This document shows, in pieces, positions 27,501 to 36,725 of a stretch of 64,000 nucleotides of DNA. The notes beneath the pieces were generated by a model. That model saw only the letters and a program-made list of their open reading frames with translations. It did not search any database and was not told the origin of the DNA. Position 1 is the first letter of the stretch. Every line of letters starts with the position of its first letter. Source of the DNA: Botryllus schlosseri (taxonomy: Eukaryota); NCBI GenBank assembly GCA_051294905.1, contig CM119384.1, positions 8,680,001 to 8,744,000 of the forward strand. Direction: 5' to 3'. The position numbers and the translations under genes were made by a program.

Positions 27501-30500
27501 TATAAACGCGCAATTTCAGACGAGTGGACCCTGTGGACCGACTGGAGTCAGTGCTCTCGGTCGTGCGACGCCGGTCAGATCAGCCGGAGCAGAAGATGCG
27601 TGGACATCGCCACAAACACCGACGCGCCGTCCCTGTCGAGTTGCTCGGACCCGTTGAACTTGGGTGCCTTCCAGTCGCAGGCTTGCAATCTAGGACCCTG
27701 CTGTAAGTGACACGTTATTTACAGCGACCCAGAGACTGTACAATCATTGTACAAAGCCTGAAAGCTGTATCTTCGGTAAAGAATTTTACTAACCCAGAGA
27801 TGAGCACATTGAATGTTTTCAAATCCAAACCCTGTATTGAATTTTAGATTCAAGCCAAATTGCATGTTTAATTTGGTATCGTTATCAACACCAAGTTCAA
27901 ATCCAGTAAAGGATGAAATTTGTTGAAATTGAAAGTGATGAGAAATTTCATGTCCAAGTCTGAATCCAAATTTGGTTTCGAAATAATAATAATTTATATC
28001 GGTGGTTCCCAAACTTTTATGACTCGTCCTCCCTATATCAATATCAACATATCTAGGTCATCAGTGACCTCATCATTCCACTTTTCCGTATTATTCAAGT
28101 AGGTAGTATCCACTTACTCAAGCAGTTTTGCATGTATACTACATCAAGTTCAACCTTTTCTTTCTTCACAATGTCACAAAATCGCCCACTTTGAGATCCA
28201 CTAAAATCAATAAATCCATCTCTAACTAATCCCTGCCAAACATAGCGAATACAGTCCACTTTTGTCGAGGCTAGTCCGAGACCAACCTATCCGTTCTTTG
28301 GATAGTTTTTTCCATTGCTGCCCTCATTCAGATTCATGGACCCAATGGACTTCGTACTCGGAATGTTCCCAGACTTGTGGCGACGGACAGTCGTTCAGGA
28401 CCAGGCGATGTGCGGCGTCCGACGGGTCCAACTCGCCGAACCTTGCCGAGTGCCCCGATCCCACCAACGCTGGCGCGTTCCAGTCACAGAATTGTAACTT
28501 GGGACCTTGCTGTGAGTAATTCTCTATCAGTATATCTGACGGAAGTGTTTAGAGCAGTCGCTGATCGTAGCTGTTTCAAGTAAAAGAAGTAATGATGAAT
28601 TTGGGAAGGGGGGTATGTCACACATCGTTTCGGAAGGTCAAACGGTCATTGAATCCCACCTGGACAAACAAGTCGAGCACCTCGAGTCAAATGTTTTCAT
28701 ATGCCGAAATAATATCCCTCTCGCAACTAAGACAACTATGAGTTATTCTATTCTCATTCTATATTATTACTATCCTGTTATGCCGAAGGTAGCCTCGAAA
28801 ACTGCTGCATCGTTTTCAATCAAAACCTGTGCAGCCTATACCGATTGAAACCACATCGTTGTAGACTAGTGATCGTGTAGTACAACTGGAATTACGGAAC
28901 TGCGGGTAAGGAATGGTCAGGGGTTCTTAACATGGATCATTGATAGCAAAAGGATTAAGAAGCCCTGGTGTAGATTATAAGAATTTTAGATTTTTTGCGA
29001 TGCAAGAGCATCACCTGACGTCGGTGATGTCAAATTCGATCTAAAGCTAGAGCCTCGATCAACAAGATTTAATCGATAGAATGCAAGTAGCTTACTTTGA
29101 AAGTGGCTTAGTTGCCCGACTTCATTGTTTGAACATCGGCACAGTTTCTGAGTGTGTCGGCATGCAATTGTAGACGGATGGGCGTCCTGGTCCAGTCAGT
29201 CAGACTGCTCCGTCACATGCGGAGTCGGAGAAGCCTCCAGAAGACGACGCTGCCAGACCGACAAAGGGGAATTTGCCAACGACGAGAACTGTGCCATCCC
29301 AGGACAGCCTGGCGCGATACTGACAGAGACGTGCCGGGGGCCGAGATGCTGTATGTTGTACAAAATTTGATAGCGCTTTCTGCGTCGAAGCGTTTGATGA
29401 TCTCTATGCGATTTCTCGTTAGACTCGTATACGCAGTGGACCGCATATTCTGAATGCAGCCAGTCCTGTGGAGCGGGCCAGATATTCCGAAGCAGGCAGT
29501 GTGTCGCCGAGGACAACGGCGAAGTGGTATCAGCAACGAATTGCATCGACGTTTTGAACCTGGGCACTTTCCAATCGCAAACCTGCAACCTTGGACCCTG
29601 CTGTGAGTTGATGGGGATAGTTTCCGACAGGCTTGTTAGAGTATGTGTGACTAATAAGGTGACGGTGTCCGGACCTGATTTGCATTAACATGGTTGTTTG
29701 CTAGGCAGAGGTGCTGCGTCAGGTGCTAGAATATTTTAGGGCCCGAATTTTTAATTCAGACAGATGTAACTCAAACTGTATGGACTATATAACGTAATGT
29801 GTCGCTATAATTACAGCGTAGATAAGTTGACAGCGCAGTTGTCAGAGCTTAGTTGCACTTCAGTTACGGTAGCTTAACATCATTGTGCTTTCATCTGGCT
29901 AATTGTGATTGTTGTACAATAATATTCACCAGCTCGCGTTTACAATCAATATTTAATGCTTGACATGTGAAGCACATCACATACGAAGAATTAACCTGAA
30001 ACAAAGCTACAGTCATAGGGAGTTTTGTTTTGAGAGGTAAATGAATATCGCTCATCGACAGATTGGTAGCTAGTAAATTTTTTTGTTTTCTTAGATCTGA
30101 AGCGTAATTGGTGAGCGTCATTCATGATTAGAATTGAGAGCAAGGACTGTGGTACTCGTGATTTGCAGGCAGGGACTATTTTAGTAATTCAAATCAGATT
30201 ACTTTGAATACTGATACTCCGAGGGTATGTAGTCATAGAAGTAATGATCTCAGTATATGAATGTCGTAATGGTGTGTTACATCTCAGAGGTGTATAACAC
30301 AAAATGCTTTTACCATTGTATTCTGCATGTCTCTGGATTATTAACAAACCAATAACGGAAATCTGACAAGTGTGAAACCAACTAACACTACGACGATGAT
30401 GTGATGTCAAGTTGCATTTCATTAACATTTGCTTCAACGATGCACGTATTTCTCTTGGATAAAATGGAGAAGATGGTGACATGCGATATGTGGATTAACA

Positions 30501-33500
30501 AGCCGGGTGGATTAGCAAGTTGAAATACTATCGAGCAACAACTTTATCGAATGTTGACAGTAGTGAAAGAGGCCAAGAACAGAACAGCGTGGAATTGACG
30601 TACCACAAAGCTTTGGGTTGAATGGTGGAATAATGAATGAACTCGACTGAAAGATTCAATTTTCGCCATTGGCCGTTATAGCGTGTGTACAGCCGTCTCA
30701 TATATAGTTGATGTCTTGAATACAACGATGTGCTCCTAAGCCAAAAAGGCTCCGCAAAGACATTATAAAGTTGTAACCTTCGCGTATGGCCAAGTTTATA
30801 GAGCAATAGCCCCCTCTCTCATGCCAAAGGCGTTGGTTTTCTTCCCATTGAGTAGTAAAACCTAGAAAGCATCACAATGGCCGATCGACTTTGATAAGTG
30901 TACACCGTGCACTTGTACAGTACAATTGTATCCATGTAGAAAATAGAAACATCACTTCTTGGTGAAGTATACTTCGGTACTTTTAGTCAAATTATAGTGA
31001 TAGCAGATAAATGTGATGATTTTGAATTTGCTCAGAACCATATTGTTCAAGTTGAATTGTAACTTACCTATGAAATATGCATCATTTCAGACCGCTTCGC
31101 ACAGTGGGGCTCATGGAGCAAATGCGATTCCCGATGCGGACAAGGAAACATGCAGAGAACCCGTACTTGCGTGACGACAGATGGCCAACCGGGACCCAAC
31201 ACCGGCTGTAGCAACGATCCAAACGACTTCATCATCAGAGCGACTTGCATGAAACGTGCTTGCCGTAAGTATTTGACTATGACAAATATCATTTGTTGTG
31301 TCGGAAAAGTATTACATTCAAATGGTGTGTTGTGTGTACAATATAACGTTGACTCGAATATGAAATCATCACAATCAGGAAGTAGTTCTGAAACATCCAA
31401 ATGCTTGAGTATTGAAGAGTATTCAAAGTAATATTTTGATGGGAGTCAAAATATTGCAATAACAATATTCAGGTTGAGCTGTCGATGACAAGGGAATTTC
31501 AGCGCAAAATACCTCGTAGACACTTTATTTGAAACTCGACTTGCTTCGCAGCTGGAGTATTCCGCCAATGGGCGCAATGGGGAGAGTGCAGCTTGACTTG
31601 TCACGGCGGTGTCCGTATCAGAACAAGACAGTGCACCACCGAGAGGTGCATCGGAAGAAGTCGCGAAGCTCAGATTTGCAACGATTTTGCTTGCGAAGGT
31701 TGGTGGATATTGGTGTACTTGTATACCCGTTATGACTCTTTCTTAAATACACCGCAAGCCAATATTCGAATGACTCACGTCATTACCACAAAATGACTTG
31801 GTCTTGACATTTATGAGAAATGTGGAATCACCTGTAGACTCGCAGACAAATTGTCAAGTCATCATCGACTGGTATTGTATTATCATTACAGCCAGCACGC
31901 ATGATCCTGTTCAGCGCGTGGCATTCATCGCTCATATAACCTCGAGCTGAATTGATAACGTGTGATACTGTTGCCAGGCACTGTGTCAGAGATGGTCAAA
32001 GTAGTCATCACCGGTACTCAAGTAGAAGTAATATTGTAGATCTGTACTCGAGTAATTTCCAAGTAACTAAAATAGTATGTATTCTGGTCCTGGTTTCGCC
32101 TAAAAAACTGAAAACTTGAGTAGAAGTACTTTGTTACTGACCACCTGTTCTCACGTCGTAAACTCTTGTTCAGTTCGTCCCCAAGGAACATGGACAGCTT
32201 GGTCCAACTGGACCCCTTGCACCCAACCTTGCGGCGGCACATCGACGCAAACGAGAGTGTGCGTGGGCGGCAGGACTGCGACCGACTGCGGCCGAGATTG
32301 CGAAGGTAGGGAACTGTGTTCTGTGGCCATACTGGCATGTTTTCAACGCGCCTGCACATCTACCAGAATACAGACGAACAAGGACTTGCACCGATTGCCC
32401 GAGAGGCGGTTCGTTCAGCATCGGGTCCTGCCAAGTCGTCGGAATTCTGAAGCAAGATTGCGGTTTCGGTGGAATATCTGCTGAGGTGGGTTGACATGTG
32501 ATATTGGAATGGGGAGACGCGTTTTGATAGCTTGAAATGGCCGTCTTCTACAAAGAAAAGTCATTGTAGCAATACCATTTAACTCAAAGACTTTTCGTGT
32601 GCTCCTTATTGGAAGTTAATGGCACAATATCCAGCACATAAATGGATCTTTGAATGAAAATCGATTTGGCGAAATTATGAGCAATGTAATCTTGAAAAGA
32701 ACCTCAAACAAAGTATGACACTGTAAATACCGATATATTCTTGGGACACGTTGAGACCCGGGTAACTTTGGAACCCAAACCCATTTCGACGGTGCAACGA
32801 ATGACCGATATCAAACATACCGCTGTCCAGACTGATATCGGCACTCTAATATAAACACAGCCATGGTAGGGTAGTAGAGAGATGTGATTCGGTCTACAAG
32901 ACCTATCGAAAAACTAGCTGGACGGTCAAATTTAAGGATCACCAGCTCGGTGTTCCAGAATCAGCGAGTCTTGCACTGTTATTGGATTAGCAAATACTGA
33001 GCACTTCGGTTTACAATCACACAAACCATTGGCTCCCAGCCTTTTTAAGGCCACGGCCCAATTTCCAATTTAAACTCCACGATTACACGGCCGAGCTCTA
33101 AATTTGGTTAGCTCGTTGCTAAAAAATTGAAAAGGACCTGATTGCTAACTGATTACTAAATGAAATTGAATTACTAATGAAATTATATGAAAACACCGGT
33201 CAACACATTATTGACTACCCAAAAAAAGCAAGCGACTTCAGATTGTAAACCACTCGCGTAAACAATCCGGCTGTCGTTCGATTAGTTTGAGATACGCTAA
33301 ACAGCCATCTTTGTTTTGTTCGTAGGAGTGCACCAACGTCCGCAACTGCTGCTACGATGATACTGTGCCGGCCGGTGAACCCTGGTGTTACCGTCAAAGT
33401 AAGATCCTTGCCCTTTAACCCGTTGTCCTTCATCACATTGGAGACGTTTTTCCAGGCGGCACGTATTCGTTAAATGCACTCGGGAGAAGTCTAGGAGGTG

Positions 33501-33634
33501 CCTCCGGAGGTCTTGGCGGTCCTCCTCCAACAGTGCCTGATGAGACAGACGAACCTACACCACCCCCACCACCCGCACCAACCGACATGCAAGAGCCATC
33601 TGGGATGGATCATATGGATGGTATTTTAGATTAG
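9506..33634 (+). CDS. Gene 2: giant secreted protein (~1726 aa), signal peptide + ~26 TSRs + trefoil domain + acidic Pro-rich tail
   Basis: Exons 9506-9620, 9695-9842, 9899-10022, 11890-12058. Then 19 array exons: 13392-13571, 14011-14190, 14822-15004, 16113-16292, 16982-17161, 17258-17440, 17911-18090, 18951-19133, 19418-19597, 20365-20547, 20849-21028, 21404-21586, 22058-22237, 23844-24026, 24853-25032, 25130-25312, 26764-26943, 27520-27702, 28332-28511. Then 29174-29350, 29423-29602, 31091-31264, 31552-31698, 32174-32305, 32367-32485, 33326-33398, 33456-33634. All GT-AG, open frame of 5181 nt. Signal MESLFHLLLLTFLVGAIHA. Trefoil CQVVGILKQDCGFGGISAEECTNVRNCCYDDTVPAGEPWCY. Possible alternative last exon 34146-34150. 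Confidence 0.85.
10540..11225 (+). pseudogene. Possible heavily degraded rhodopsin-like GPCR remnant nested in gene 2 intron 3
   Basis: Broken frames give CWFVSSIFRF*RVVATCFHCLPQCT (TM3/ICL2-like) and KISTKVIVLFVYLRAVPYNIIYLL (TM6-like) in the right order. Many stops and frameshifts. Motif resemblance only. Confidence 0.25.
11625..11801. mobile_element. Right-end remnant of hAT-type family F3 (TIR CAGGGTTGTAA)
   Basis: Ends GACTCGAGTCATTACAACCCTG, with GACTCGAGTC subrepeats like those at 36726-36851. Confidence 0.7.
12101..12560. mobile_element. Family F3 element just downstream of gene 2 exon 4
   Basis: Starts CAGGGTTGTAAAAAAGTCAC, ends GTCATGACCACCCTG. Interior (CACAAGTCAATCTCACTT...) matches 36099-36150. 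Confidence 0.75.
15470..15830. mobile_element. Degenerate copy of hAT-type family F2 (TIR CAGAGGTGGTCA, GTAGAAGTAG subrepeats)
   Basis: GAAGTAGAAGTAG motifs and terminal ACTGACCACCTC. Left boundary uncertain. Confidence 0.55.
22309..23215 (+). mobile_element. Internally deleted hAT transposon (907 bp) with CGGBP-like zinc-finger remnant, in an array intron
   Basis: TIRs TAGGGCCATTT / AAATGACCCTA. Perfect TSD CCAATGAT (22301-22308, 23216-23223). AAAGTCATAT subterminal repeats at both ends. ORF 22838-23104 MPKV...SCQICSCIVKHEKRFFAEQHLATLMH resembles the N-terminal C2H2 finger of CGGBP1-related hAT transposases. Confidence 0.85.
25810..26720 (+). mobile_element. 5'-truncated L2/CR1-type LINE fragment (RT C-terminus + 3' UTR)
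   Basis: Encodes KYLGVLLDSNMSWKSHI (YLG motif at the end of the RT domain) and the degraded ORF 26129-26488. The 3' UTR GGACCACGACC...GTGGGTGTCTGAT...CATTGTATCGCAG recurs elsewhere in the window. Confidence 0.85.
31987..32147. mobile_element. Short F2 copy ending ~25 nt before the acceptor of exon 32174
   Basis: CAGAGATGGTCAAAGTAG...TTACTGACCACCTG. Confidence 0.75.
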
Positions 33635-34599
33635 AATCCCACCCTAGATGTACAGTTGCTAACCAATCTGCGAGACGTTATGCGCGCGTTGGTGCGATTT
33701 TGAAATGTATTCCGTGGCACTGACGTTGGGGTTATATCGCCCGGTTGGTGGTACAGTTTTTGCTCTCAGTACCGATGCAAATCTGCTACACTACTTTCCG
33801 CTTGACGAAATCTAGTTGAAAAGCATCACTTATTGAGCGAGTTGAGCAAGTAGACTAAACCTACTCGAGTACTGCTAAAAAGCGGATTTGCATTGTCATG
33901 CTTTTCCTACTATAAAGTCTTTTGCCCCATTCATTCTGATTTTTGCTGACTCTGAGTCTGTGTATGTTTTTTAATCCTCCACTCCTCTAAGTTCCATGTG
34001 ACGATATTCAAATGCTACAAGCCATATCCTACATCTGTGTTGCATTGAATTGCAATAATCTTAAGTACAAATATAGCTTACAATTACTAAAAAAGAGTAT
34101 GACTGCATCTTGTTTCAATCTGAATCTCGCTGTTGTGTCTCACAGGTTGAAAGTCAAGAAGCCTGGTGAAAGATAAATCGAGAAACGATATGAAGTCAAC
34201 ATCATTGGAATGCTCCAGACAAAAATAGCAAAGATGAATTATATGATATCATGTGTGCACTATTTCATGCAATTGTTAATACTCCCATACATATTGCTAG
34301 CTTACGATTAATAGGGGAATATTCTGAGAACCGATCGAGTGTTTATTGTAGCAGATGGGCATGGGCTAGGTTCGAGAATGAATTGGAATTGGTTTAGATA
34401 GGAAAACAGAAAGAGGCTTCTTGCTGTCGCGCTCGGTACATTATTCTCAGTATGGGGTTTTGTACATACGGTGGACGTTAGTTCGTTCCCATGTACTGTA
34501 CATTGCAAAGTAGCCTATATGATCGGGGTGCTTTGTCGATGTTGACAGCATTATCTACCGCTTCTAAGGATCGTCATTCAATGATTATTCTACGCTGAT

Positions 34600-34722
34600 C
34601 TCAATCTCCCGTCTTAACAAAGAAAACTACAGATATCGACACCTTCGAGCGGATGAAAATGATCAATCAATCGATAGTGAATTAAAAATGACTCAACTAT
34701 AAAAGTGAGATTGACTTGTGAC
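34600..34722. mobile_element. Inverted F3 fragment, head-to-head with the element at 34754
   Basis: Reverse complement matches 36099-36220 (GTCACAAGTCAATCTCACTTTTATAG...CATCCGCTCGAAGG). Confidence 0.75.
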
Positions 34723-34791
34723 ACGGAGCATTGTGAAGTAGGCTACTTGATACCAGGGTTGTAACTAAGTCATAAGCCTCCGAGTCACAAG

Positions 34792-36098
34792 CAGAGGTGG
34801 TCAAAGTAATCAACAAAGCTACTCAATTAGAAGTAGAAGTAGCGACGAAAAAATCTACTTAAGTACGAGTTGAAGTACTTCTTCCACAAGCAACCTAAAA
34901 CTACTTGGAACTAGAAGTACAATTAACCGACTTTAAATCTACTCAATTAAGTAAGTAGTTGTGAAAACGATCCTAATTCGTTCACATGGACTGTCAAAAG
35001 ATGCAAATTGAACTAAGCAATTTAAGGTGCCGAGCTCGATTCATATTGATGCATACTAGGAGGTATCCAATTTTCGACAGCATAAGCATTCGTCCGCATC
35101 ATGGGATGAAAATGATAGTATTGATATGGAAATGCGATACTAATCCTCTGTTTTCTCGAACAGCATGTTTGAGAAAATATCATGGTATGGGCCCTCCCCC
35201 GCATCATAAGACCCGTAGTTTAGTTGAAGAGCAACACGGAGAAGTATACGATACGGTGTAAACACTTTGCGCGATTAGTAAATGTTAATAAAATATATGG
35301 TGGACCGTAAAAATGCCATATTGTGTAGCTTCATTTCCGGAGATTAAAGGCATTACTACACTTACTTTTATACTTCAACATGTATGTTATCCAGATAAAA
35401 GAACTTCTATTAATTAGAACTCAAATTGTATTATACTGGAAATTGAAAGTGAAATATATTAAATGCTACTTCTAAAAGCGGAACATGTATTTCATGTCTT
35501 TAGTCCAGAAAGTTTCAATAGGTGGCATTCTAAAACAGCTCTAAAACTAAAAGAAAAGTCAGAGTCCACTTTTCCAGATTGGGATACCCCATGGACATTG
35601 GACATGCTAGATGACGATATGATAAGTAAATGCTAGATTACGAAACATCAGTTTCAAACGTTGTGATGAGCCATACATACTGTGTTGAAATATTTCATAT
35701 GGCGAAGGGCGACAATGTGGTGTGAACCGAACCACGCCAACCCACTGCCTAAATTATACTGACCGATACTTTCGTGAAAGCTTTAGCGGTCACTCCGTAT
35801 CCACTGCGCGCGAAACGCGACAAAAATTCTGGACTTTACTCAACTTTTATGGAAATTAAATGGTAATACTCCGTGAAAACAGCCCCGGCATTCATCAGGC
35901 TATCTTCCTGATTGGAGGATTGAACTACTTCTACTTGAAAACTGAAAATAGCGAAAAGTAAGTAAGTGGATCAAAATATATTACGAGATAGAAGTAGAAG
36001 TAGCGAAAATCAGATCTACTTGAGTAAGTACCAGAAGTAGAGAAAAACTACTTGAGTACTTCAAAAGAGTAGAAGTACTTCGTTACTGATCACCTCTG
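34792..36098. mobile_element. Long F2 element (1307 bp) nested in F3
   Basis: TIRs CAGAGGTGGTCA / TGATCACCTCTG. Perfect TSD GTCACAAG (34784-34791, 36099-36106). Confidence 0.9.
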
Positions 36099-36224
36099 GT
36101 CACAAGTCAATCTCACTTTTATAGTTTTGACCCGAGTCATTTTTAATTCACCACCGATTGATTGATGATTTTCATCCGCTCGAAGGTATCGCTATCTGTA
36201 GTTTTTTTTTTGACGGGAGATGGA

Positions 36225-36725
36225 TACAAATATCACACCGTATCCGATACAACTCCGTATTGCTCTTCGACCAAACTACAGGCCTTATAATATCGGGGAG
36301 AGCGCCATACCAAATTTACTAAAGCGTGCTGTTCGAATGTATCGCATTTCCATATCAATACTATCATTTTCCTCCTATGATGCGGACGAATGCTTATCCT
36401 GTCGAAGTTGGATACCTCCTGGTATGCATCAATATGAATCAAGTTCTGCATCTTTCGCATAGCTCAATTTACAGCTTTTGACAATCAATGCGAACGAATC
36501 ACCATCGTTTCAACAACTACTTGCTTACTTGAGTAGATTTAAAGTCAGCCAATTCTACTTCAAGTAGTTTTAGATTGCTTATAGAAGAAGTAGGCTACTT
36601 CTACTCGAAGTTGAGTAGATTTTTCCGTCGCTATTTCTGCTTTTACTTAACTAGCTTTCTTTACTACTTTGACCCAGGGATATCTAGAATCTAGTTTCTA
36701 GATATCCCTGCTTTGACCACCTCTG
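36225..36725. mobile_element. Inverted, truncated long F2 copy nested in F3
   Basis: Reverse complement of 34792-35265. Ends CTTTGACCACCTCTG. Confidence 0.8.
36675..36710. mobile_element. 36-bp TIR-only hAT-type mini element inserted in the F2 terminus
   Basis: CAGGGATATCTAGAA-TCTAGT-TTCTAGATATCCCTG (perfect 15-bp arms), flanked by perfect 8-bp direct repeats CTTTGACC (36667-36674, 36711-36718). Confidence 0.85.

Larger units (their letters stand above)
13392..28511 (+). repeat. Tandem exon array: 11 A/C-type (180 nt) and 8 B-type (183 nt) one-TSR exons, order A A B A C B A B A B A B A B C B A B A
   Basis: A = YSWTQWTSYS.CS.TCGNGQSFRSRRCAASDGSNAPSLSECPDP.NAGAFQSQACNLGPC. B = YGWTAWTEY.VCSATCG.G.ISRSRRCVDLATNIDSPSL..C.DP..LGAFQSQPCNLGPC. 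C = A variant with GTSAPSLSACPDPQNLGSF. Each exon is bounded by cag|AY and TGY T|gt. Confidence 0.95.

Noticed and set aside
13392-28511. Regularly spaced near-identical units resembling a CRISPR or cassette array
   Set aside because: The units are 180/183-nt spliceosomal exons with GT-AG borders in a eukaryotic gene, and there are no cas genes.
13560-28520. Apparent GPCC(K/E) seventh cysteine and leading Asp in the ORF track
   Set aside because: Artefact of reading through T|gt and cag|AT. The spliced codon is Tyr.
13286-29588. Many antisense and alternate-frame ORFs over the array (e.g. MFVARSTHLLDLLI..., MASISLNE... extensions)
   Set aside because: They recur only because the TSR exons recur. 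They are shadow frames or intron read-through, with no independent coding signal.
30470-30810. Minus-strand string LFCSWPLSLL...YFNLLIHP resembling GPCR TM6/TM7
   Set aside because: Too short and interrupted. It could arise by chance in AT-rich intron DNA.
34986-36462. ORFs inside long F2 copies (34986-35261, 36220-36462)
   Set aside because: No transposase motifs, and frames are not conserved between the three long copies.
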